A stretch of DNA of 64,000 nt, taken from positions 69,797 through 133,796 of the forward strand of contig JANQGY010000005.1 of the NCBI GenBank assembly GCA_028282845.1, in the 5' to 3' direction. The stretch is from a bacterium. Its GTDB lineage: Bacteria; Fidelibacterota; Marinisomatia; Marinisomatales; JAHJCW01. Shown here piece after piece: positions 31,790 through 40,170 of this stretch (position 1 is the stretch's first letter; each line of letters opens with the position of its first letter). The notes under the pieces were generated by a model. That model made no database searches and had not been told where the DNA came from. It was given only the letters and a program-made list of their open reading frames with translations. Both the position numbers and the translations under genes were made by a program.

Positions 31790-34489
31790 CTAGTTTTCTA
31801 ACGTAGCCCTGGCAGTCGCTAACCTTGCCACCGGAACACGGAATGGTGAACAGCTAACATAAGCCAATCCAACGCGATGGAAGAAATCAATACTATCCGG
31901 ATCTCCGCCATGTTCGCCGCAAATTCCTAGTTTGATATCTTCGCGTGTAGAGCGACCTTTCTTTACGGCTAATTCGACTAATTGTCCAACACCACTTTGA
32001 TCTATACTTTGAAATGGATCAACCGGCAGGATTTTTTCATCCAAATAGACCGGCAAGAAGCCCCCAATATCATCACGGCTAAAGCCGTAGGTGGTTTGGG
32101 TAAGGTCATTTGTTCCAAAACTGAAGAATTCGGCTGCTTCGGCAATCTCGTCGGCGACCAAGCAGGCGCGTGGCAGCTCGATCATTGTACCAACCAAATA
32201 TTCAAACTCAACTTTTTGTTCATCCATTACTTTTCCGGCAACTTCACGCACGATTGTTTCTTGATTCTTGAACTCAGCCAATGAGCCAACCAATGGTATC
32301 ATAACTTCCGGATAAACGGTTTTGCCTTCCTTGGTTAGTTCCGCAGCAGCTTCTAATATGGCACGTGCTTGCATCTCGGTTATTTCAGGATATGCAATTC
32401 CCAAACGGCAGCCGCGATGCCCAAGCATCGGGTTGAACTCGTGTAATTCATCAATGCGTTTGCGAATGTCATCTTCTGCAACTTTGATCTCGGCCGCAAG
32501 TTCTTTAATCTGTTCATCATCAAGCGTAATGAACTCGTGCAACGGCGGATCCAATAAACGGATGGTTACAGGCAGATCATGCATAGCATCCAAGATGCCT
32601 TTGAAATCGGCTTTTTGATAGGGCAATAATTCCATTACTGCCGAGCGGCGATCTTCTTCGGTTTCTGCTAAGATCATCTTGCGAATTGCCAATATTCTTT
32701 GCGGATCAAAGAACATGTGCTCCGTACGGCATAAGCCGATACCTTTGGCGCCAAACTTACGCGCTAAAGCCGCATCTTCAGGACGATCAGCGTTGGTTCT
32801 TACGCCGAGCTTGCGGATTTCATCAGCCCATTCCATTAACTCAGAATATTCCTCGTTGGACTCGGGATCAGCATCTTTAAGGGGTAATTGGCCTTCATAT
32901 ATTTTTCCAACCGTTCCATTTAATGTGAACCAATCGCCTTCTTTAAAAGTTTTCTTGCCAATTTCGACGATCTTTTTATCAACTGAAATATGTAAGGCTT
33001 CACAGCCTACGATACAACATTTACCCCAACCGCGAGCGACTAAGGCAGCGTGACTTGTCATCCCGCCTTTGGCAGTTAAGATAGCAACGGCCGCATGCAT
33101 GCCGTGCACATCTTCAGGGGAAGTTTCATCACGAACCAATATGACCTTCTTGCCATCCTTAGCTTGTGCTTCAGCATCATCGGCGGTAAATACGATCTGT
33201 CCGCTTGCACCACCGGGTCCGGCCGGAAGTCCCTTTGCCAATGGTGAGACTTTACGCTCTTCTACCGGATCAACCATCGGGTGTAAAAGTTCGTCCAGTT
33301 GACTCGGTTTAACGCGTAGGATCGCTTCGTTCTTGTCAATCAAGTCTTCGTGTACCATATCAACCGCCATTTTAATTGCAGCAACACCGTTGCGCTTTCC
33401 AACGCGTGTTTGCAACATCCACAAACGACCTTCCTGAATGGTAAATTCAATATCCTGCATGTCACGGTAGTGCTTTTCCAGGTTCAGGCGGATTTTATCT
33501 AATTGATCGTATAGTTCAGGGAAAGTAGTTTCGAGCGATTTGGATTCATCGCCGGAAGCTTTGGTTGCTTCGTTAAGCGGCAAAGGCGTGCGCAATCCGG
33601 CAACGACATCTTCTCCCTGCGCATTAATTAACCACTCTCCGTAAAATTTATTATCGCCGGTTCCTGGATTGCGCGTAAAAGCAACACCGGTTGCCGAATC
33701 ATCGCCAAGATTCCCAAAAACCATTGCCTGAACATTTACAGCAGTACCCCATTCGGATGGAATATTTTCGATCCGGCGATAATTGATGGCGCGCTTTCCG
33801 TTCCAGCTCTTAAAAACAGCCCCGATTCCGCCCCACAATTGTTCTATATGATTGTCAGGGAATTCTTTACCCAATATAGCTTTGATCTCGGCTTTGAATT
33901 GCTCGGTTAACTGTTTCCATTCGTCGCCGCTCAGATCAGTATCGGATTTATAATTATTCGTTGCTTTAAATTCATCTAAGATTTTTTCCAAACGGTGACG
34001 TATACCGTGTCCATCTTCCGTCTCAACACCTTCCGCTTTTTCCATAACTACGTCGGCATACATTGTAATTAATCTGCGGTAGGCATCATATACAAAACGC
34101 GGATTATTGGTTTTGGCGATTAAACCGGGGATAGTTTTGCTCGTCAAGCCAATGTTGAGAACGGTTTCCATCATGCCGGGCATTGATGAGCGTGCACCGG
34201 AACGAACCGAAAATAGTAACGGATTTTTTTCATCACCAAAGATTTGACCCATGACTTTTTCATTCTTCTGAATGGCTTGCATGACCTGCTCTTCCAGTTC
34301 AGCCGGATAATTTAAATTATTCTCATAATAATAATTACAAACAGCGGTGGTTAGTGTGAAGCCGGGTGGAACCGGAATCCCCAAACTGGTCATTTCAGCC
34401 AGATTGGCTCCCTTGCCGCCAAGTTCATTTTTCATTTTAGCATTTCCATCGGCGTTGCCGTCGCCGAAATAATATACGTATTTAGACAT
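31790..34489 (-). CDS. ppdK: Pyruvate, phosphate dikinase
   Basis: 899 aa. ATP-grasp N-terminus, phosphohistidine motif GGMTSHAALVARG, PEP/pyruvate domain GICGEHGGDP. Confidence 0.95.
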   Translation of the reverse strand: MSKYVYYFGDGNADGNAKMKNELGGKGANLAEMTSLGIPVPPGFTLTTAVCNYYYENNLNYPAELEEQVMQAIQKNEKVMGQIFGDEKNPLLFSVRSGARSSMPGMMETVLNIGLTSKTIPGLIAKTNNPRFVYDAYRRLITMYADVVMEKAEGVETEDGHGIRHRLEKILDEFKATNNYKSDTDLSGDEWKQLTEQFKAEIKAILGKEFPDNHIEQLWGGIGAVFKSWNGKRAINYRRIENIPSEWGTAVNVQAMVFGNLGDDSATGVAFTRNPGTGDNKFYGEWLINAQGEDVVAGLRTPLPLNEATKASGDESKSLETTFPELYDQLDKIRLNLEKHYRDMQDIEFTIQEGRLWMLQTRVGKRNGVAAIKMAVDMVHEDLIDKNEAILRVKPSQLDELLHPMVDPVEERKVSPLAKGLPAGPGGASGQIVFTADDAEAQAKDGKKVILVRDETSPEDVHGMHAAVAILTAKGGMTSHAALVARGWGKCCIVGCEALHISVDKKIVEIGKKTFKEGDWFTLNGTVGKIYEGQLPLKDADPESNEEYSELMEWADEIRKLGVRTNADRPEDAALARKFGAKGIGLCRTEHMFFDPQRILAIRKMILAETEEDRRSAVMELLPYQKADFKGILDAMHDLPVTIRLLDPPLHEFITLDDEQIKELAAEIKVAEDDIRKRIDELHEFNPMLGHRGCRLGIAYPEITEMQARAILEAAAELTKEGKTVYPEVMIPLVGSLAEFKNQETIVREVAGKVMDEQKVEFEYLVGTMIELPRACLVADEIAEAAEFFSFGTNDLTQTTYGFSRDDIGGFLPVYLDEKILPVDPFQSIDQSGVGQLVELAVKKGRSTREDIKLGICGEHGGDPDSIDFFHRVGLAYVSCSPFRVPVARLATARATLEN

Positions 34490-34632
34490 AATAATTCCTT
34501 TTCTAATTAAATAAAGACTTTAAATTTATTATTAATAATAATGATATATCAATGATAGTATGTCCGCTATCAAAAATCTAACAAATTTATTGCTCGCAAA
34601 ATGTGCTGCAATACCTGTAAGCTTTGCAGCCT

Positions 34633-35877
34633 ATGAACCTGACAGAAAGAATCGAAACAGTTATATTGTCCAATTTACAACCGGCCAACGAACGTAAAAT
34701 TGGAATTGAATACGAAAACATTTTTTATAATAGTAGGGGGATGCGCACACCGGTTGATCCTGCGGATGAAATATCGGCAACAGATATTTTAAACGAATTA
34801 GAAGAAGCGCAAGCGGTTAACGTATTAAAATCCGGCTACACGCTTGAGCCAGGCGGGCAAATTGAATGGGCGTCGCCGCCCTTGTCCACAATACACGAAA
34901 TTGACAAGCATCACCGTATTCATAAAGAACGAATTACAAATATTGCAGCGAGAGAACAATTAACACAACTTGACTATTCTCTTGAACCGACCTTTGAACC
35001 GACCGATATAGCGCTGATAAATAATGATAAATACCGTTTAATGGACAAAATGTTTTCCAAGACCGGTTCATTGGGTAAGTGGATGATGCGCAATACCGTC
35101 AGCGTTCAAATAAACATTGATTATTCATCGCGGAAAGAAGCTGAGAAAATGGCATTTGTGGTTGATTGTCTTACACCAATCGCTTCAATTCTATTTGCCA
35201 ATTGTCCTTTTTGGCAAGGAAATCCCGCCGGTAACACAAATTTACGTTATAAGATCTGGAATGCTACGGACAATTCGCGCTGTGGCGATCTGTTGGATCA
35301 TGGAATTGCTTCTGCTAAAGACTTGATTCGCCGGTATGCGGAATATGTACAAACCGTACCGGCGATATTTGTTGTCGGAAAACAGCAAAAGATTACCGAA
35401 TTTGATGGAACGCTTGGCGAATGGCTTGAATTACTCAATGAGGAGGGACAGCTTGATGATGATGCTATTCAAATCGCCTTGCATCAGATTTTCACCCATG
35501 TTCGCTTTAAAAATGTGATTGAAATTCGCGGCTGTGACAAGCCTCCGGCCGGTTTTGAAATGGCTCCGGTGGCCTTTTGGACAGGATTGCTATTGGATGA
35601 AGGGGCGCTTGAAAACACCTATGAGATCGTAAGAAAATGGTCGCTTTCAGAGCGGGAACAATTAAAGAATGCAGCCTTCAGTTTGGACTTGGAACAACGC
35701 GCTCCCGAGGAACGCACAATTAAAGAATGGATAAATATTATTTCTGATATTTCCAAACAGGGGCTGTCTAACCGGTCGAAAAATCTCGGAATTACAGAAG
35801 AAATCTCCTTTTTAGATGTATATCTTGATTATATTAATGAAAAAGGAATTCCTGCCGTCACGCTTCAAAATAATTAG
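34633..35877 (+). CDS. Glutamate-cysteine ligase family protein (GCS2 / plant-type family)
   Basis: About 414 aa from the ATG at 34633 (the track ORF starts at TTG 34624). LEPGGQIEWASPP resembles the EPGGQ.E.S motif of plant-type gamma-GCS. Confidence 0.65.
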   Translation: MNLTERIETVILSNLQPANERKIGIEYENIFYNSRGMRTPVDPADEISATDILNELEEAQAVNVLKSGYTLEPGGQIEWASPPLSTIHEIDKHHRIHKERITNIAAREQLTQLDYSLEPTFEPTDIALINNDKYRLMDKMFSKTGSLGKWMMRNTVSVQINIDYSSRKEAEKMAFVVDCLTPIASILFANCPFWQGNPAGNTNLRYKIWNATDNSRCGDLLDHGIASAKDLIRRYAEYVQTVPAIFVVGKQQKITEFDGTLGEWLELLNEEGQLDDDAIQIALHQIFTHVRFKNVIEIRGCDKPPAGFEMAPVAFWTGLLLDEGALENTYEIVRKWSLSEREQLKNAAFSLDLEQRAPEERTIKEWINIISDISKQGLSNRSKNLGITEEISFLDVYLDYINEKGIPAVTLQNN

Positions 35878-35979
35878 GAATTAAATAGTTTTTACTCTTA
35901 TAAAACAATTGTTAATATTCATATTGCCGATTTCAATACGAATATATTAATTTGAAGTAAATTTTATTAAAAGTACAGA

Positions 35980-38550
35980 ATGACTAAAAAATTAGCCTTT
36001 TCGGGCGCATTAATTCTATGTACTCTGCTCCTCGTTTACTGCACTACCGACGAGGAATCTATGATCGGCCCTTTTGGAGATGCCAGTAAATATATTTCTG
36101 CGACCAACATCACCGCCGAAAAGAATGTTTTATATACTGACGGCGATTCTACAAAAATTTCTATAGTCTTGGTAGATATTAACAAATCACCATTGGAAGG
36201 ATTAAAGGTTTCTTTTTCTACGGATATCGGCAAAATTACCGAATACGACATCACCGACTCTACCGGGACGGCGGAAGCAGTTTTTATATCGGACGAGAAG
36301 ACCGGCGAAACCAAAATCATTGCCAATACCGGCATCAAAAGTTTTGAGATTCCCATAGAAGTTATTAAATATGAACCGGCTACTATTGAGCTATCAGCAG
36401 AATCACTTGTCTTATTAGCTGATGGAAACGATTATACCAAAATTACCGCCATACCCCGCAATGAAGATGGCAATGTAATGGAAAATATGGCTATTGAATT
36501 TAGCACTGATTTGGGAACGTTAAGTTCTGCTGAGGGGTCGTCCGGTAACCTTACGGTCTTGCCGGCAAATTCCGGTGAATCGGGCGACGGGGCAGTTGTT
36601 TATTTAAGAAGCAGTACTAGTGGTGGAATGGCTACGGTGATAGCCAAATCGGGTGAAAAGAGCAGTAAGCCATTGGAAATTTATTTTAACTTGGAAACCC
36701 CGGCATACATTCTTCTGGATGCTAACCCCGATATTATTTTGGCAAACGGATCTTCAAAGTCGGTAATTAGCGCGACTGTACTTGATGACGATGGCATTGG
36801 CATGGAAGGTATTGCAGTTGCCTTTACTACAACATTAGGGGATATGATGTTTCCGGTTAGAACAACGGATGCGAATGGAATAGCCATAGATACTTTAATT
36901 GGCTCCACAGATGAGGGCACTGCCATCGTAACCGCCGAGGCTCATCATATTTCAAGTACTGTTAATGTAGAGTTTACCTTGGACATTCCTCATCAAATTG
37001 ATGTTAGCGCTTTCCCTGATAGGATAATTGCCGACGGTTCTGCAGAATCAATAATCACGGCAATTGCTCGAGATGAGGACGGTAACGCGATGGAGGGCAT
37101 AGATGTCCGTTTCAAGACCGATTTAGGTTCAAGCTCTCTCGACAAGTTCAAAGAAACGACCGATGCGGACGGAAAAGCCGAGGTTAAACTAACTGGAACA
37201 GCAGAAGGCATAGCAACGGTAACCGCCTCTGTCTCTTCTGTCGAGGCAACGACAAGCGTAACTTTTTATGAATATAATCCTGCTTCAATCTTATTTACCG
37301 CTCCTCAATCTAGTGATAATTCAATATTAGCAGATGGCGCTTCCAAGATTGATATATCAGCACGGATTCTTGATCCCGACGACAAAGGCATTGCCGGAGC
37401 GGTAGTTGATTTTTCTACCAATTATGGAAATTTAGATAAAACAACAGGAGTCATAGCCAACCAAGATGGAGTAGCAACAGTTACTTTAACGAGCGAAGGC
37501 AGTACTTATGATCTACCGGTATGGGTGAAAGCGAATGTGCAGGGGACATCTTTATCAGATTCTGTTGCTATCACATTTAGGGGCATTGTAATGACTACTT
37601 ATGTTGATTCTACAAAATTTGTTGCAGGCGGTTACTATAATGTTTATATACGAACAACTTTGATAGAATATACATTAGGTACAATAGTTGAAGAAACTGC
37701 GGTTGTGTTTGGTACGACAATCGGTGAAATGCTGCCGTCCGTTGCCTCAGTAAATGAATTTGGTGAAGCCAAATCAGTACTACGCGCTGAGGTAACCGGC
37801 GCTCAACAAAGCGGTCTTATCATAACAACTAAATTGCCAAGCACAGCTGTAGTGAGCAAACAGACCGACAGCATGACAATTCCCGGCGTTGAAACGCTTA
37901 TTAGTACAATTGATGATGAAATAATGGGTGATGGGCTCTCCTTCGCATTGTTGAGGGGCGCGTTACGAGAAACAACTGGCAAGGCTATAAAAGATGTTCC
38001 GGTTAGTTGGGAAACAACAATAGGCACAATTGGTGGTGAGGTAGTGACGGATTCTACAGGACATTCGATGGTTACATTAACCGTTGAAAACTCGGTTGGT
38101 TCAAACACCAACGCTACAATAACCACCTCTTTTGGAAGCAATGTATCGGCTAGCGAAACAATAACCATTGCCGCTCCGGTTAATGCAAACCGGCTAATAC
38201 TTGGATTTGAACCGGATACAACCGGACATGGTTTTGTGCCCTGTGATATAGACACGTCAATAGGAACTCGAGATATGGGAATAACCGCCCACTTTGTTAA
38301 CGCCAGTGGAAATGGTATTGACGGACAGGCAATCACCTTTAGTGTCGTTCCAAATAATTTAGCAGCTATTTGTTCTACGGCAACAACGATCGGTGCTGAA
38401 AACGGTCGGGCAACCGTTATGATGGCTTATCCGCCACAAAATGCCGGACAAATTGTAAGAGTTTGGGGCGAAGCACCGGACGGAACGCGTGGGAATATAG
38501 ATGTTATCCTCTATAAGGAGGAAGAAGAGGAAGAGGAATCGGGTGCTTAA
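35980..38550 (+). CDS. Large lipoprotein made of about 8 bacterial Ig-like (Big_1 / invasin-intimin type) repeats, with an acidic post-Cys segment and a poly-Glu C-terminus
   Basis: 856 aa. Lipobox LLLVYC followed by TTDEES. Recurring ~95-aa units of the form ...I.ADG.S...ITA...D.DGN.MEG..V.F.T.LG...T.TD..G.A...L.... Ends YKEEEEEEESGA. Confidence 0.8.
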   Translation: MTKKLAFSGALILCTLLLVYCTTDEESMIGPFGDASKYISATNITAEKNVLYTDGDSTKISIVLVDINKSPLEGLKVSFSTDIGKITEYDITDSTGTAEAVFISDEKTGETKIIANTGIKSFEIPIEVIKYEPATIELSAESLVLLADGNDYTKITAIPRNEDGNVMENMAIEFSTDLGTLSSAEGSSGNLTVLPANSGESGDGAVVYLRSSTSGGMATVIAKSGEKSSKPLEIYFNLETPAYILLDANPDIILANGSSKSVISATVLDDDGIGMEGIAVAFTTTLGDMMFPVRTTDANGIAIDTLIGSTDEGTAIVTAEAHHISSTVNVEFTLDIPHQIDVSAFPDRIIADGSAESIITAIARDEDGNAMEGIDVRFKTDLGSSSLDKFKETTDADGKAEVKLTGTAEGIATVTASVSSVEATTSVTFYEYNPASILFTAPQSSDNSILADGASKIDISARILDPDDKGIAGAVVDFSTNYGNLDKTTGVIANQDGVATVTLTSEGSTYDLPVWVKANVQGTSLSDSVAITFRGIVMTTYVDSTKFVAGGYYNVYIRTTLIEYTLGTIVEETAVVFGTTIGEMLPSVASVNEFGEAKSVLRAEVTGAQQSGLIITTKLPSTAVVSKQTDSMTIPGVETLISTIDDEIMGDGLSFALLRGALRETTGKAIKDVPVSWETTIGTIGGEVVTDSTGHSMVTLTVENSVGSNTNATITTSFGSNVSASETITIAAPVNANRLILGFEPDTTGHGFVPCDIDTSIGTRDMGITAHFVNASGNGIDGQAITFSVVPNNLAAICSTATTIGAENGRATVMMAYPPQNAGQIVRVWGEAPDGTRGNIDVILYKEEEEEEESGA

Positions 38551-39253
38551 AAAGATTATATCGCTAAGCTTGTTTATTATTTTGTCTTGCACAGCATTAG
38601 CACAACAGGAAACAGTGGGCTTTGAGTTCAATCAGCATTACCGGGCGATAGATACCTTAAATACATCTTCGGGTGTTTGGTCTATTAATTATCGTAATGA
38701 ACTGCCAACCAATACACGCATTGCGTTTTCCTTAGGCTTGGATAACGTAAAGCTCTTTGAAGATGATTCGGATACTGATCCGATGCTAAAGAGTAGTAAT
38801 CAGATTTTTGTCCAATTAGAGCTAAGACAGATATTTTATTATTTCTATATCAGAGGAGCCGCTCAATACTATAAAATAAAGGGCAATGCCTATGAAGCAA
38901 CAGGCAGTAACAGCAGCGTTAGGTACCACAATAATTATGATATTTATGAATTTCCTCTAAGTGCCGGCTTTACTGTCCCAACCAAATATTTTGATGTTTT
39001 TATCGGTGTCAATAAAACGTTCTTTTATGGCTCAAATAAAAAAGATATATTTGTGAATAATAGCGGAACCGAAACAAAACTTGGCAGTGTTACGAAGCAA
39101 ACTTTTCAAACCGATCTTGATATCGCCGCTGAAGGAGCACTGATTTATCACATTACGCAAGAACTAGATTTGGAACTAGCCGGCATAATGTATTCGGATA
39201 ATGATTTTTCATTTCGCCTTTCGCTTTGGGGTCCCCTAAAGCGCATGTATTAA
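38501..39253 (+). CDS. Small predicted outer-membrane beta-barrel protein, translationally coupled to the Big_1 lipoprotein
   Basis: Signal peptide ...LKKIISLSLFIILSCTALA|QQ. About 8-10 amphipathic beta-strand-like segments (IAFSLGLD, IFVQLELRQIF, YFYIRGAAQYYKI, FDVFIGVNKTFFYG, LDLELAGIMYS, FSFRLSLWG). C-terminal aromatic residue (RMY). The start is either ATG 38501 (50-nt overlap) or GTG 38543 (GTGCTTAA overlap with the upstream stop). Confidence 0.55.
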   Translation: MLSSIRRKKRKRNRVLKKIISLSLFIILSCTALAQQETVGFEFNQHYRAIDTLNTSSGVWSINYRNELPTNTRIAFSLGLDNVKLFEDDSDTDPMLKSSNQIFVQLELRQIFYYFYIRGAAQYYKIKGNAYEATGSNSSVRYHNNYDIYEFPLSAGFTVPTKYFDVFIGVNKTFFYGSNKKDIFVNNSGTETKLGSVTKQTFQTDLDIAAEGALIYHITQELDLELAGIMYSDNDFSFRLSLWGPLKRMY

Positions 39254-39381
39254 ACCGCCCGGCAAGTAATCCGCACAAAAACAGCACCACTCTTTTACGA
39301 AACTTATAGAATAACGAGATATAATAATCTTAAATTTTATAATCAATATAAATCAAATTTGATTCACTTTGGAGCAAAACG

Positions 39382-40170
39382 ATGTCTTCTTTAAAAACCG
39401 AATTATACCCGGAAGCCGAATCGCGCCACAACAAAAAAAGCGAAGCCTACAAAAAGGCAAGGCGCGCCATTATAAATGAATGGATTGGCGGAGTAACCGG
39501 AGCCATATTAGCAATTTTTATTTGGTTTCATTTAATATTTGAAAGCACAATTTTATTTGGCGCCGAGGTTTATCAGAAAACAGCCGATTTATTGGAAGTT
39601 ACCCTGCCACTTGCCAAACCGGTTGTCATTGGAATAACAATTGTGTTTTTCATTCATTTTGTCTGGGCCGGCAGAAAAATACCCGGCAAGCTTGAAGAAC
39701 GAAAGCGTATGATGGAACTTGGGAAAAAAATTAAAGGATCCTCAAAACGATGGCAACAGGATAAGAAATCCGATATAAGAATGCGAAAACATTTTGAAAC
39801 ATCCTTGTGGATTTGGCAGGTAAGAACCGGAATGATCGTGTTGGCAACGGGTGCCTTCCACTTGATATTGGTGGCATGGAATATTTTCACCGATATGGGC
39901 GTTGAAGGTCAGCACCCCGGCATTACTGTTGAGGTTGCGACAGCGCGCGTGGAAAGCGGGTTGTGGATATTATATTTAGTATTAATGTTTGCGGTTGTGG
40001 CGCACATGGCAATTGGTGTATATCGCTTGTTGGTAAAATGGTTTGCCGACACATGGTTCGTTCGAAAATATGCTAAAACCGCATTCTATTTTCTGTTTTG
40101 GTTTTTCACTATACTCGGCATTGCAACCGCGATTGGTTTGGCAGGTCCATGGGAAGGAGTGTTGGCATGA
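39382..40170 (+). CDS. sdhC: Succinate dehydrogenase / fumarate reductase dihaem cytochrome b membrane anchor (single 5-TM subunit, Wolinella FrdC-like type B)
   Basis: 262 aa, 5 hydrophobic helices, four helix-embedded His residues (WFHLIF, FIHFVW, AFHLIL, VAHMAI). ATGA overlap with the flavoprotein gene. Confidence 0.7.
   Translation: MSSLKTELYPEAESRHNKKSEAYKKARRAIINEWIGGVTGAILAIFIWFHLIFESTILFGAEVYQKTADLLEVTLPLAKPVVIGITIVFFIHFVWAGRKIPGKLEERKRMMELGKKIKGSSKRWQQDKKSDIRMRKHFETSLWIWQVRTGMIVLATGAFHLILVAWNIFTDMGVEGQHPGITVEVATARVESGLWILYLVLMFAVVAHMAIGVYRLLVKWFADTWFVRKYAKTAFYFLFWFFTILGIATAIGLAGPWEGVLA

Noticed and set aside
35980-38550. Possibility that the Big_1 repeats form a DNA-level tandem repeat or phase-variable array.
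   Set aside because: The repeat units are recognisable only at protein level and are diverged at DNA level. I saw no long identical direct repeats or homopolymer/SSR tracts apart from the short GA-rich poly-Glu tract.
40098-40166. 23-codon upstream extension of the sdhA ORF. There are similar extensions of ychF (50047-50088), the M28 peptidase (22484-22501), surA (7708-7710) and yqgE (59108-59113).
   Set aside because: The extensions overlap the preceding gene or use TTG/GTG. Canonical N-termini with an ATG and conserved motifs begin slightly downstream.
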